A DNA stretch of 46,142 nucleotides from a virus (taxonomy: Duplodnaviria > Caudoviricetes). Position 1 is the first letter of the stretch, and every line of letters starts with the position of its first letter. Positions 1-10,067 of this stretch are shown one piece after another. The position numbers were made by a program, and so were the translations under genes. The stretch lies in the IMG/VR virus record IMGVR_UViG_3300032320_001458, positions 1-46,142 of that record; one strand, written 5' to 3'. The notes under the pieces were generated by a model. That model was not told the origin of the DNA, ran no database searches, and saw nothing but the letters and a program-made list of their open reading frames with translations.

Positions 1-260
1 TAAAGCCAGAAGTTAAACCTACTGCTAAACCAGAAGTTAAACCAGAAGTTAAACCAGAAGTTAAACCAGAGGTAAAGCCAGAAGTTAAACCAGAAGTTAA
101 ACCTACTGCTAAACCAGAAGTTAAACCAGAAGTTAAACCAGAAGTTAAACCAGAGGTAAAGCCAGAAGTTAAACCTACTGCTAAACCAGCAGAACCCGTT
201 AAACCATCTGCTGCTCCTAAACCAGCAGAACCCGTTAAAGCACCAGAGGTAAAACCGCCT
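1..260 (+). repeat. 12-bp coding tandem repeat AAACCAGAAGTT (KPEV) interspersed with KPTA/KPAEPV units
   Basis: Directly visible; a related copy recurs at about 995-1060. Confidence 0.95.
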
Positions 261-1268
261 TCAAAAACAGCAGAACCTGTTAAAGCACCGGAAATTGGCA
301 AAGTAACAGAAACAGTTAAACCGGAATTAGGCAAATTAAGTTCAAAATTTGAAACTGGTGGTAGAAAAAGTTCTGCTGGAATAGTTGGATGGGATAAAAA
401 AGGAGGAACAAGCTACGGTACTTATCAAATAGCAGCGGGAGTTGGTAGTATGGTTGCTTTTTTAAAATTTGCTGAAGCTAAAGGTGAAACAGATATTGTA
501 TCTAGATTAAAAGCATCTGGACCAGCAGATACGGGTGGAAAAACGGGCCCATTTGTTGATGAATGGAAAAAAATAGCCAGTGAAAAAGGAGAATCTTTTC
601 AACAATTACAGCATGATTTTATCGAAGAAACGCAATATAAACCTGCTGTGGCATCTTTATTAAAAGAAACAAAGTATGATATTCAAAAGCAATCATCTGC
701 AATAAAAGATGTTTTTTTCAGTACAGTAGTACAACATGGATCAGGTGGTGCTAAAAGTATATTTAAAACTGCAATCAAAGAATCTGGTGGGAATGATGCA
801 GATCCTGAAAAAATAATTTCCAATGTATATAAACTCAGAGCAACTAAATTTTCAGGTCAAGCAGTAGAAGAAAGTGTTAAAAAAAGATTTATTCAGGAAG
901 AAAAAGACGCATTGGAAATGCAAAGAAAACCAAATGAACAAAAAAATTTAACTCCAGATAATTCAAAAACACAATCAGAATCAAAACCTACACCTAAACC
1001 AGCAGAACCAGTTAAAGCACCAGAAGTTAAACCTACTGCTAAACCAGCAGAACCAGTTGTACCAAATAATGGTGAAAAAATTGATAAAAGTTCTCAAGAA
1101 AATAAACAATTGAAAAATGATATATCTAAACCAGCTACTGGTCCTGTTACTGTAGTAAACAACACAACACAACAAAAAGCAAATCCACCTTCATCACCTC
1201 CATCTGAAATGAAAGAATCTGATGATGAATCATTATATTACATCAAACAGAAAAAGGGTAAACTGTAA
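3..1268 (+). CDS. Baseplate/hub-associated protein, 5'-truncated; KPEV linker plus VgrG3 C-terminal-like peptidoglycan hydrolase domain
   Basis: Frame of ORF 450..1268 is open from the window start. Motifs LGKLSSKFETGG, GGTSYGTYQ, WKKIA, QHDFI, FFSTVVQHG and SVKKRFIQE resemble the VgrG3-like lysozyme domain. Confidence 0.65.
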   Translation, partial: KPEVKPTAKPEVKPEVKPEVKPEVKPEVKPEVKPTAKPEVKPEVKPEVKPEVKPEVKPTAKPAEPVKPSAAPKPAEPVKAPEVKPPSKTAEPVKAPEIGKVTETVKPELGKLSSKFETGGRKSSAGIVGWDKKGGTSYGTYQIAAGVGSMVAFLKFAEAKGETDIVSRLKASGPADTGGKTGPFVDEWKKIASEKGESFQQLQHDFIEETQYKPAVASLLKETKYDIQKQSSAIKDVFFSTVVQHGSGGAKSIFKTAIKESGGNDADPEKIISNVYKLRATKFSGQAVEESVKKRFIQEEKDALEMQRKPNEQKNLTPDNSKTQSESKPTPKPAEPVKAPEVKPTAKPAEPVVPNNGEKIDKSSQENKQLKNDISKPATGPVTVVNNTTQQKANPPSSPPSEMKESDDESLYYIKQKKGKL

Positions 1269-3050
1269 ATGAATTATCAAGAAGCAAAAGAAATAAGACA
1301 AACAAGACTTCGTGATCTTATATCTGAAAATTTAGTATCAGGTGATACTAATATTAAAGAATCTTTTAAAAAAGCAATATCCGACAAATCAAAAGCAAAA
1401 GTTAAAGGTATTAAAGAAACTTTTGATCCATTAAATATTGCAAAATTTTTGACTGGTGGTTCTAAATTAGGTCCTGCGCTGCTTGGTAGATTAACTGGTA
1501 GATCACAAGAAGATATAAACTATTTTACAGATACACCAAATAAGAAAGTAAATAAAGTTGATGAAAAAGAAACACCTATACTCGGTATTTTAAATAAAAT
1601 ATACACTTTTATGAATAAAAATTATCAGGATGACATAAAACGTAGAGAATTAGAAAATAATTACTTAGAAGAAAAAGCACTTGAAGAAAAGAAGAGACAC
1701 GATATTTTACTAAAGACATTGAAAGACTTGATGAAAAGAATTGCTTCATCTCAAAAAGGTGGGAAGGAAAAAGAACCTGAACCTGAATCAGGTAATGGAA
1801 TAATGGATTCTTTTAGGGATTTGATTGGAAAACGAGTTGCTAAAGCATTGGTTGCAGTCGGAGCTGGAGTTGCAGCCGAGAAAGCGGGAAAAAAAGTATT
1901 AGAAAAGAGTATTGGAAAAACAGCAGAAAAAGTAACGGGTGAAGTTGCAAAAGAAGTTGGAAAAGAAGCTGCTGAAAAAGCTACAAAAGAAAAAATAGAA
2001 AAAAGTGTTTCAGGAAAACTATCAAAATTTATTTTTTCTAGTTCTGCTAAAAAAATACCTATTGCTGGTGCTATAATTGGTGGTATTTTTGGACTAAAAA
2101 AATTATACGAAGGTGATCGTGTTGGTGCTGGTTTAGAAGTTGCAAGTGGCGCAGCAGGGACAATTCCAATTGCAGGTACAGCAGCAAGTCTTGGCATAGA
2201 TGCTGTTGGATTAGCAAGAGATGTTTATAAAGAAGTGTATAACAAATTTCCAGAAGAAGAACGAGAAGTTGCAAAACAGAGAATGCAACAAATTGCAGCC
2301 ATTATTGAAGAATTTATTAAATCAAAAACTTCTTCAGATAAAGATAAAGCAGAAACAAAAGACAAAAATGATGCTAAAGATGTACCATTAAAAGAAATAC
2401 CAAAAGAAAATGCCACAACAACATTAGCCACAACAGATTCGAAATCTAGTGATAGTACATCTCAGTTATCTGCATCTGATTCTGAAGTTGGTAATACTAC
2501 AACACCATTATCGATGACAGAATCTAATGTTGGTAATATTACGACACCGTTAAGTGCAACCGATATTCTAAAAGGTGATAGTACGACAACACCATTATCT
2601 GCATCTGCATCTGAATCTAAATCTAGTAGTGTTTCATCACCACAAACCATGGCTGATATATTAAAAAGTGATGATACTACAGATTTAGTTAAGTCTGATG
2701 CAATAAGAAATGCTACTGCAACACAAATGAGTACTCTTGTTCCTTCGATTACAAAATCTGGTAGTGCATCATCTATGGGTGTAGATAATACAAAACAAAC
2801 TTCTCTAAAATTAAACCAAGAAGAAAAAACGCCTGTTGGTTTACCCTTACAGGAAACAATTAACCAAAATCAAAATTTAAATATTCAAAATTCGAATATT
2901 AAAAATACATCTAAACCAAATCAAATCAATATAACAAATCCAGCACCACAAGATAAAACGAGTTCAATTATACCAAAATATATTTTTCCAGTCAGAAATC
3001 CAGAAGAAACATTTAGAACCATGATCTTCAATAGCACTAGGGTAGTATAA
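1269..3050 (+). CDS. Probable baseplate hub / tail length protein (gp29-like)
   Basis: 593 aa, helical, KKIPIAGAIIGGIFG..GDRVGAGLE motif, S/T-rich C terminus; convergent with gp32 as in T4-like phages. Confidence 0.5.
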   Translation: MNYQEAKEIRQTRLRDLISENLVSGDTNIKESFKKAISDKSKAKVKGIKETFDPLNIAKFLTGGSKLGPALLGRLTGRSQEDINYFTDTPNKKVNKVDEKETPILGILNKIYTFMNKNYQDDIKRRELENNYLEEKALEEKKRHDILLKTLKDLMKRIASSQKGGKEKEPEPESGNGIMDSFRDLIGKRVAKALVAVGAGVAAEKAGKKVLEKSIGKTAEKVTGEVAKEVGKEAAEKATKEKIEKSVSGKLSKFIFSSSAKKIPIAGAIIGGIFGLKKLYEGDRVGAGLEVASGAAGTIPIAGTAASLGIDAVGLARDVYKEVYNKFPEEEREVAKQRMQQIAAIIEEFIKSKTSSDKDKAETKDKNDAKDVPLKEIPKENATTTLATTDSKSSDSTSQLSASDSEVGNTTTPLSMTESNVGNITTPLSATDILKGDSTTTPLSASASESKSSSVSSPQTMADILKSDDTTDLVKSDAIRNATATQMSTLVPSITKSGSASSMGVDNTKQTSLKLNQEEKTPVGLPLQETINQNQNLNIQNSNIKNTSKPNQINITNPAPQDKTSSIIPKYIFPVRNPEETFRTMIFNSTRVV

Positions 3051-3052
3051 AT

Positions 3053-3082
3053 AAAAAACCCCACCGAAGTGGGGTTTCTTTC
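3053..3082 (-). terminator. Rho-independent terminator, probably bidirectional
   Basis: Minus strand AAACCCCAC-TTCG-GTGGGGTTTTTT (cUUCGg loop) between convergent genes. Confidence 0.9.
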
Positions 3083-3095
3083 ACATTAAATCTTG

Positions 3096-3980
3096 TTATT
3101 CTTCAGCTAATTTTGAAAAATATGCAAGATCGTCATCTTCATCTGCCGTAACTGCTTCTACCTTCTTCTGGACAGCTTTAGGTGCTTCTTTCAGTTGTTC
3201 AACAGTGGTACGAGCAACTGGTGTTCCAATCAGTCCTAGAGCCTTGTCCAATCGTGCTTTCAACTCATCATAAGTCTTGAACTCTTTTTCAGAAATCAAC
3301 TCTTTAAGAGAGTATTGTGATTTCCAGATTTTTTCAATCTTAGCATCATCATTAAAGAGTGGTGATGGTGATTCAAACTCAGACTTATCGTAATTTTGAT
3401 AACCTTCAACTTTACGAATTTTAAGTTTGAAATTAGCACCTGTCCAGAAGTCAAAAGGATTAATTGCAGTCTCATCTTCAAATGCTGGATTCATTGCTTC
3501 AGAAATCTTATCAAAGATTTTAGCACCAAATTTAAAGAGTTTGACTTTACCCTCATTTTCTGGATTCTTTGGATCAGCAACAATATACACGTTTGTGATA
3601 TAGTTTAGTTTACGCTTTTGCTTTCGCACAAGTTCTTTATTTGCTTCGATACCTGAATTCCAAAGTGAACTATTATGTTCACAAACTGGACACTTAGCAC
3701 CATTAAGAGTTGTAAGGCAGTTATCGATTAGCCAACCACCAGGACCTTGAAATCCATGAGAAAAGAATTTAATCCAAGGAAGTGCATCTTCACCATCATC
3801 TGATGATACGTCCAAGAAACGAATTGTTGCAGTACCATTGCCTGCTTTATCTACTTCAGGTTTCCAGAAATTATCTGATTTTTCTGAACCTTCAGTAGCG
3901 TTTAGAGATTCAATCGCTTTTGCGAGTTTATCAAAATTGCCAGATTGGCGTGAGCTTTTTAGTTTTGCAAAATCTACCAT
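3096..3980 (-). CDS. 32: Single-stranded DNA-binding protein gp32
   Basis: FWKPEVDKAGNG, HGFQGPGGW, NCLTT, CPVCE, NYDKSEF motifs and acidic tail. Confidence 0.97.
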   Translation of the reverse strand: MVDFAKLKSSRQSGNFDKLAKAIESLNATEGSEKSDNFWKPEVDKAGNGTATIRFLDVSSDDGEDALPWIKFFSHGFQGPGGWLIDNCLTTLNGAKCPVCEHNSSLWNSGIEANKELVRKQKRKLNYITNVYIVADPKNPENEGKVKLFKFGAKIFDKISEAMNPAFEDETAINPFDFWTGANFKLKIRKVEGYQNYDKSEFESPSPLFNDDAKIEKIWKSQYSLKELISEKEFKTYDELKARLDKALGLIGTPVARTTVEQLKEAPKAVQKKVEAVTADEDDDLAYFSKLAEE

Positions 3981-4037
3981 GATTTTTCCTTTTAAACGAA
4001 GTATGAACGGAATATAAACGACTTATCCACCTTATAC

Positions 4038-4085
4038 ATTATATGCTATTTTGTACGTTCTGTCAATTGTTGTAAGCCAACAACA
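4038..4085 (-). promoter_or_regulatory. Sigma70-type promoter for gp32 with TGTTG-N8-CAACA box
   Basis: TTGACA (4066-4061), 17 bp, TATAAT (4043-4038); box 4068-4085. Confidence 0.85.
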
Positions 4086-4577
4086 TTAAACGTACATACG
4101 CAAGATTGCCAAAGTATCTTCGACATTCTTGTGCCAGATTGCAATACCACCTGCTTTTTTCCAATCATCGATATTAACTTCTGTATCGTCAATTAGAATA
4201 TCAGTTGGCGTTGCGTATCTATATTTATGCTCTTTTCCAGGAACAAAAGTGTGTTTGAACGGAATATTATTTCTGTCTAACCAAATGATCTTTTGTCGGG
4301 AAATTTCATCATAATTTTGTTTTGTTCCAGTTGAAGAAAGAATTTCTGTTGGAATTTTTAATTCTTTTAGAAATTTAATTAACTCTGACGCATGAGGCAT
4401 CAAATCTAATGTTGTAAATTGTTTTGTTGCAATAAAGTTTTGGAATAGATCATCAAATTTGTTTTCCCTTTCAGCCTCAGATGGATGAATATTGTACAAT
4501 TCTTTATATCGTTTTACGAAATCTGCAATGACTCCATCCATGTCGAGCCAAATTTTAGTTACTTTAGGTTTATTCAT
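4086..4577 (-). CDS. HAD-family 5'(3')-deoxyribonucleotidase
   Basis: DMDGVIADF and ILIDD motifs. Confidence 0.85.
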   Translation of the reverse strand: MNKPKVTKIWLDMDGVIADFVKRYKELYNIHPSEAERENKFDDLFQNFIATKQFTTLDLMPHASELIKFLKELKIPTEILSSTGTKQNYDEISRQKIIWLDRNNIPFKHTFVPGKEHKYRYATPTDILIDDTEVNIDDWKKAGGIAIWHKNVEDTLAILRMYV

Positions 4578-5190
4578 GATTTTTAATCTTTTCCTTCAAA
4601 ATAATTTTAAATTTATTTTTGTCATAATTTAAAAAAGGTTTATACTTCAAACACTTCATTTTAAAACTAGGCCAAATATATGTTTCAGTAATTTTCTTGT
4701 CCCACATAGAAAAGAAATTCAATATATCTTCAATTATAATCAATGTCTCTAACTGAGTAGATTTACTCATTACATTCAACATCAACATTGGATGTTCATT
4801 ATCTTTCACTCTCAGTAAATCATTTGGATTATTCACTAAATCAAATAGTTTGTCAAGATCATTTTGTACAATATATGTAAGTGATTGATTTGTTTTTTGC
4901 CACTTCATAAACACTTCTTCTGCATCTTGTGCTAAGAGTTCATTGCTCCACTGATCTGGATTTTCTAGTAAGTTTGCAATATAGAAATATTTTAAATCTG
5001 TAATGGAATATTTTCTAGATAATTTATAAAAAGTAAATTTATCTTTCTTCTTTGCAAATGTATCTTTAGTTACATTTGTTTTACCGTTATATTTAAAATA
5101 ATCATAAGATTTTGATGTGAAGTGTAAGTGTAAGGCATTGTATAATGCGTAGGCAGCAAAACCAGAATTCTCTGATTGAGAAAGACTCAT
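4570..5190 (-). CDS. 59: Helicase loader gp59
   Basis: LHFTSKSYDYFKYNGK and KYKPFL motifs; 33-59-32 synteny. Confidence 0.92.
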   Translation of the reverse strand: MSLSQSENSGFAAYALYNALHLHFTSKSYDYFKYNGKTNVTKDTFAKKKDKFTFYKLSRKYSITDLKYFYIANLLENPDQWSNELLAQDAEEVFMKWQKTNQSLTYIVQNDLDKLFDLVNNPNDLLRVKDNEHPMLMLNVMSKSTQLETLIIIEDILNFFSMWDKKITETYIWPSFKMKCLKYKPFLNYDKNKFKIILKEKIKNHE

Positions 5191-5408
5191 ATTGGCAATC
5201 TAGATGATTTTTTAATAAGATTTAAATTTTGTGCTTCTTCTTTTAGTTTTGCTTTAAGCGCGGCAGAAATTAAAGTAGCGGCTACTTCGATTTCCATACC
5301 AGACTTTTCGCAATGATGACAGATAGAATCGATATAATTTATCTTTAATTCTTCTGATATATTTTCTATATTCTGACTAAATTTTGAGATTTCGTCTTTT
5401 GTTGGCAT
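5187..5408 (-). CDS. 33: Late transcription coactivator gp33
   Basis: NYIDSI..CE, LK.KL..EA..LNL pattern; adjacent to 59. Confidence 0.9.
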   Translation of the reverse strand: MPTKDEISKFSQNIENISEELKINYIDSICHHCEKSGMEIEVAATLISAALKAKLKEEAQNLNLIKKSSRLPI

Positions 5409-5430
5409 ACGATACTCCTAGAATGATATA

Positions 5431-5459
5431 ATTATAACACGGTATTTGCGTGTTGTCAA
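5431..5459 (-). promoter_or_regulatory. Consensus sigma70 promoter upstream of gp33
   Basis: TTGACA-17 bp-TATAAT. Confidence 0.8.
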
Positions 5460-5944
5460 GTGTAGAATATGTGTTTACCTATTTTGGCTATTGGTTTTTT
5501 ATTCCATTTAGGATTAACATAAACGGCGTGATAATATAATGCATTATCCAATTTTTTTATTCGAGTGCCAGCAATAAGAATTCTATAAGCGGCTTCTTTA
5601 CAAGCAGCAAATTCTTTTGAATCATATCGCATCACACTAGTTTTATTTTGGCAAACCCAAGAAAATTGGCATGTTTTATTACTTTTTTGATATACAGTTT
5701 TACAGATTGTTTTTTCAAACTTACCCGAGTTAACTCTATTGAGGGTAACTTGAGCGACTGCCAGTTTACCCTCAAAAGATTCAGTTGCCGCTTCGTAATA
5801 TACGTTTTGAGCTAAACAATTCATTTGTTGTTCTGTGGAAGAACTTAGCAACTGATACTTACTCGCTATAATCCCATCATCAACCGATAATATTAAACCA
5901 AAAAATAAACAACATCCTATTATTGTTTGAACTATTTTATGCAT
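5456..5944 (-). CDS. SleB-like cell wall hydrolase (Hydrolase_2)
   Basis: CLAQNVYYEA, AVAQVTLNRV, CQFSW, ALYYHA, IGKHIFY; hydrophobic N terminus. Confidence 0.92.
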   Translation of the reverse strand: MHKIVQTIIGCCLFFGLILSVDDGIIASKYQLLSSSTEQQMNCLAQNVYYEAATESFEGKLAVAQVTLNRVNSGKFEKTICKTVYQKSNKTCQFSWVCQNKTSVMRYDSKEFAACKEAAYRILIAGTRIKKLDNALYYHAVYVNPKWNKKPIAKIGKHIFYT

Positions 5945-5961
5945 CCAATATTTTTACTACT

Positions 5962-6405
5962 TTAAATAAAAGTTAGTTTAGGATATTTTTCTTTAACTGC
6001 TAAACATTTTGCAAGATATTCATTTTCTTGTGCAACATCACCTTTTACTTTTGCATCCAGATAATCTTCAATAGGAGGATATGATTCTTTCCTCAAATTG
6101 GAAATGACTCTATGTAAAATTTCTGAAGTAATACTTAAACCCCACTCTTGTCGATATATGAACGTGAATCCATCTGGAATAGTAGTGTGCAAATTAAATT
6201 TTTCGTGTGATTTTTTAGCTAAAAATAACGTAGAATATGAATTTTCTTCTGGAGGTCTATCATCTTGTCCAATTATAATCATATCATATTCAGCACGATT
6301 CAAAAAAGTTTTTTGATTTCGATTTCGATTATGAGGCATAAAATCCTCTGGCCCTCCAAATAATGAATGTAAGTCTTCATACGTTACTGTGTAAAGTGAA
6401 TACAT
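5962..6405 (-). CDS. Hypothetical protein with tail-fibre-assembly-like C terminus
   Basis: C-terminal RKESYPPIEDYLDA...AVKEKYPK motif typical of tail accessory proteins. Confidence 0.5.
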   Translation of the reverse strand: MYSLYTVTYEDLHSLFGGPEDFMPHNRNRNQKTFLNRAEYDMIIIGQDDRPPEENSYSTLFLAKKSHEKFNLHTTIPDGFTFIYRQEWGLSITSEILHRVISNLRKESYPPIEDYLDAKVKGDVAQENEYLAKCLAVKEKYPKLTFI

Positions 6406-7049
6406 TATTCAATTTCTCCTTTTGTTTTATTTTCCAATTGAAGATTTTTACTTTCTTTAACAACTTCTTGATATGCAATAGCTAAAGGATTGTCAGCGTT
6501 ACCATCCAATAAAAGTGCTTCTTTTGGAATTAAGCCTACTTTTTGTAAACTGTGGAATGTATATGGATTTGACATAGCATTTCGTAATTTTGCAGGAGAT
6601 GGTCGACCATTTGCAATAATTTCTGCTTGAATTTCTTTACCAATCATCACAGTAAATTCATATGCAGCATTTGCTTCAAACATATCTTCATCTGAATAAC
6701 CAGGAATTCTAGTCGGTTCAGCAATCTCATAAAGTTCTACTAAGAGTTTTTCTAAACATTTAATTTCATCACGATTTAAATCCCACGCTTCCTTTTCTCC
6801 TTCCTCAAACGATTTTGATTCTAAAATTTCTGCTTCCAAACCTAAAATAACGTGAGGCAATGCATTGTTTTTTATGCAATTTTCCAATTCTAATTGTTTT
6901 GCTAATTTCTTTTTCATAGAAACTTCTTCCAAACAAGCTGCGCGTTTTCTACCTTCCAAAAATCCTTTAAGTGTTTTGATTTTTTCCCAAGGCGTTTCAC
7001 CGATAACTTGATACCGATAGTTAAATTCAGAGTTTAATTTTGAAGGCAT
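6405..7049 (-). CDS. Hypothetical helical protein of the propeller operon
   Basis: 214-aa ORF with SD, translationally coupled to the downstream gene. Confidence 0.6.
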   Translation of the reverse strand: MPSKLNSEFNYRYQVIGETPWEKIKTLKGFLEGRKRAACLEEVSMKKKLAKQLELENCIKNNALPHVILGLEAEILESKSFEEGEKEAWDLNRDEIKCLEKLLVELYEIAEPTRIPGYSDEDMFEANAAYEFTVMIGKEIQAEIIANGRPSPAKLRNAMSNPYTFHSLQKVGLIPKEALLLDGNADNPLAIAYQEVVKESKNLQLENKTKGEIE

Positions 7050-7082
7050 AATATTTTCCTTATAATAAAAAAGTTAATAAAA

Positions 7083-8042
7083 TCATAAACTAAAACTTGC
7101 TCCTGCGGCATAATATCTACCTGATACTCCAGAAGGATTGATGCTTTGAGAAACAATATTACCAAGATTGGATATTAAAATGTTATGTCCTTGTGCATTC
7201 GTCGGAAAAGAAAATATACCCTTATCACCACCATATCCTGCCGCGGAAGCATAATAATATCCAGTAGGAAGTGCATCACTGTTAGTAATATCAGCAGCAA
7301 CAACACCAAGATTAGATACTTTATTAGTAATTTTAGTACCAAGTCCACCACCATCAATCCCGAATGCGAATAGGGCTTTATCACGACCATATCCTACTGC
7401 TGATACTCCATATCTTGCTGTACCAACACCAGCAGTATCCGAAGCAACAACACCAGTATTTGATACTAGATTTGTACTACTTAGGGCATTAGAAAAAAAA
7501 CCAAAACCAAATATAGCTTTATCACCACCATAACCTGCTGCTGCCACATCACTTCTTCGAGTATTAGATGGATAATAAACAACAGCAACAACAACACCAA
7601 CATTAGATACTAGATTAGTGGCTGTTTGTTGAGGAGATGCTGTATTAGCACCAAAACCAAATATGGCTTTATCACCACCATAACTTGCTGCTGCTAATGA
7701 ATATCTTATAGGAGCAACACCAGTAACATTAGAAAGGACAGTACCAAGATTATTTACTAGATTGGTGGTTGAATAAAAAGTAGTCCGATTGGCATTTGTT
7801 CCATAACCAAATATAGCCCTATTACCACCATATCCTGCTGCTGCTAGTTCGCTCCTTGCAGTACCAGATGAAGTTGCAACATCGCTACCTATAACACCAA
7901 CATTAGATACTACATTAGTTGATGAAGAAACAGCACCGGAAATTAGACCAAAACCAAATATACCTTTGGTATCAGAAAATGGCGTACTTTCTATAGTTCC
8001 ATCTGCATATACTATTCCGTTTGCTGTTAAAGATATTGGCAT
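7083..8042 (-). CDS. Six-repeat Kelch-like beta-propeller protein, paralog 3
   Basis: Six ~50-aa repeats with R..LAAAGYGGDKAIFGFG and TNLVSN.GV. Confidence 0.7.
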   Translation of the reverse strand: MPISLTANGIVYADGTIESTPFSDTKGIFGFGLISGAVSSSTNVVSNVGVIGSDVATSSGTARSELAAAGYGGNRAIFGYGTNANRTTFYSTTNLVNNLGTVLSNVTGVAPIRYSLAAASYGGDKAIFGFGANTASPQQTATNLVSNVGVVVAVVYYPSNTRRSDVAAAGYGGDKAIFGFGFFSNALSSTNLVSNTGVVASDTAGVGTARYGVSAVGYGRDKALFAFGIDGGGLGTKITNKVSNLGVVAADITNSDALPTGYYYASAAGYGGDKGIFSFPTNAQGHNILISNLGNIVSQSINPSGVSGRYYAAGASFSL

Positions 8043-8054
8043 ATTTTATACTCC

Positions 8055-9020
8055 TTATCCAGAACGAAAACTTGCTGCTGCTAATCCATATCTTTGAGTA
8101 CCTACACCAGTAGTATCAGCAGCAACAACACCAGTATTTGATATTAGATTTGTCATTGAAACGGTTCCCACATAATCGGCAACGCCATAACCAAATATGG
8201 CTTTATCACCACCAAATCCGGCGGCTGCTAGATAATATCTTGCAGTACCAACACTAGTACTAGCACTACCAACAGTACCAGTATTGGTTATTAGATTTGT
8301 TACTCTAAGAACTCCAAAATTATCTTGATAACCAAATCCAAATATGGCTTTATCACCACCATAACCCGCTGCTGCTAATCCATATCTTGCATTAGCAGAA
8401 GCAGCTTGCGTAACATTAGCAGCAACAACACCAACATTAGATACGAGATTGGTAATTCTAACACCGGTGTTGGTGATGTTGACACCAAATCCAAATATGG
8501 CTTTATCACCACCATAACCCGCTGCTGCTAATCCATATCTTGCATTAGCAGAAGCATACGTAACATCAGCAGCAAGAACACCAACATTAGATACTAGAGT
8601 AGTTATATTAGTAGGGCCAACTCCGTTCACCCATCCGAAGCCAAATATAGCTTTATCACCACCATAACTTGCTCCTGCTGAAGAATCTCTTGAAGCAACT
8701 CCGGTGTTTTCAATATCAGCAGAAATAATTCCACCATTATTTACTAGATTTGTTCTATTAGCGCTCAAGGAACCAACACCAAATGCAAATATAGCTTTAT
8801 CACCACCATAACTTGCTGCTGATAGTAGATACCTAATAGAACCAACACCATCTTTATCCAAAGCAACAACACCAGTATCACTTACTAGATTGGTGATATT
8901 TGTGACAGAAATACCGCTCAAGCTGCCAAAACCAAATATAGCTTTATTTCCACCAAATGCTGACGATCTAGTTGTACCATCATTAAAAACGATTGTGTTT
9001 GCTTGTAAAACTATTGGCAT
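8055..9020 (-). CDS. Six-repeat Kelch-like beta-propeller protein, paralog 2
   Basis: Same six repeats; short N-terminal VFNDGT segment. Confidence 0.7.
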   Translation of the reverse strand: MPIVLQANTIVFNDGTTRSSAFGGNKAIFGFGSLSGISVTNITNLVSDTGVVALDKDGVGSIRYLLSAASYGGDKAIFAFGVGSLSANRTNLVNNGGIISADIENTGVASRDSSAGASYGGDKAIFGFGWVNGVGPTNITTLVSNVGVLAADVTYASANARYGLAAAGYGGDKAIFGFGVNITNTGVRITNLVSNVGVVAANVTQAASANARYGLAAAGYGGDKAIFGFGYQDNFGVLRVTNLITNTGTVGSASTSVGTARYYLAAAGFGGDKAIFGYGVADYVGTVSMTNLISNTGVVAADTTGVGTQRYGLAAASFRSG

Positions 9021-9031
9021 ATTCTAATCCT

Positions 9032-10036
9032 TTATCCCCAACTTGCTGCTGCATTAAAATGTCTTTTAGTACCAACACCAGCATTATCAGTACCAACAAT
9101 ACCAAGATTGGATACTTTATTAGTTATTGTTTGTCCTGCAGTACCAGCACCAGTAGAACCATAACCAAATATAGCTTTATCACCACCATAATCTGCTGCT
9201 GATAGAGCAAATCTGAAAGTACCAACACCAGCAGTATCGGAAATAACAACACCAAGATTGGATACTTTATTACTTGTAGTGCCACCACCACTACCATAAC
9301 CAAATATAGCTTTATCACCACCATAACCTGCAGCCGCAGGATTAGTTCTTGTTGACACACCACTGACACCAGAAATAGTAGCAGCAAGAACACCAACATT
9401 AGATACTAGATTAGTTGTACTAGTACCAGCACCAACACTATTATAACCAAATCCAAATATAGCTTTGTCAAGACCATAAGTTGTTGCTGCTAATGCTTCT
9501 TTTGTATTTGCAGAAGCATTTGTAGTATCACCAGAAAGAATACCAATATTAGATACTAGATTAGTGTATGAGAGTTGAGTACCGCTATTACCAAAACCAA
9601 ATATAGCTTTGTCAAGACCATATCCTGCTGCCGCCAGACCTCCTCTTGCTGTACCAATACCAGAAGTCTCTGAAACATAAACACCAAGATTAGAAATACG
9701 ACTAATAACATTATACATTTGAAATGCATAAAAATTTCCATCTCCATCATACAATTCTTCCCATCCAAACCCAAACATAGCTTTATCAAAACCATAACCT
9801 GCTGCTGCTAGATTATATCTTCCAGTACCTGACGTAGTAACATCTAATGCAACATCACCAAAAACATTTACTAAATTAGTAATATTAGAAGACGGGATAG
9901 ATCCTGGATATCCAAATCCAAATATAGCGCGATTATGACTTTTTCCTGTGATTCTCGTTTCAACAAAATCATTGCTGCCTGATGCAACAGTGGTAAAAGT
10001 TAAAGTATTGCTAGAAATGGAGGTTCTTGTTGGCAT
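9032..10036 (-). CDS. Six-repeat Kelch-like beta-propeller protein, paralog 1
   Basis: Same six repeats; insertion WEELYDGDGNFYAFQ in repeat 2. Confidence 0.7.
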   Translation of the reverse strand: MPTRTSISSNTLTFTTVASGSNDFVETRITGKSHNRAIFGFGYPGSIPSSNITNLVNVFGDVALDVTTSGTGRYNLAAAGYGFDKAMFGFGWEELYDGDGNFYAFQMYNVISRISNLGVYVSETSGIGTARGGLAAAGYGLDKAIFGFGNSGTQLSYTNLVSNIGILSGDTTNASANTKEALAATTYGLDKAIFGFGYNSVGAGTSTTNLVSNVGVLAATISGVSGVSTRTNPAAAGYGGDKAIFGYGSGGGTTSNKVSNLGVVISDTAGVGTFRFALSAADYGGDKAIFGYGSTGAGTAGQTITNKVSNLGIVGTDNAGVGTKRHFNAAASWG

Positions 10037-10067
10037 GAATTCTTATTTTATAATGTTATGTGTGATT

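Noticed and set aside
3046-3053. TATAAATA late promoter on the plus strand
   Set aside because: Overlaps a stop codon and runs straight into a terminator; likely chance in AT-rich DNA.
4068-4085. Box as a LexA/SOS site
   Set aside because: Does not match CTGT-N8-ACAG, GTTC-N7-GTTC or GAAC-N4-GTTC consensus forms.
7083-10036. Diversity-generating retroelement acting on the propeller genes
   Set aside because: No reverse transcriptase and no non-coding template repeat in the window; differences between blades are not visibly adenine-specific.
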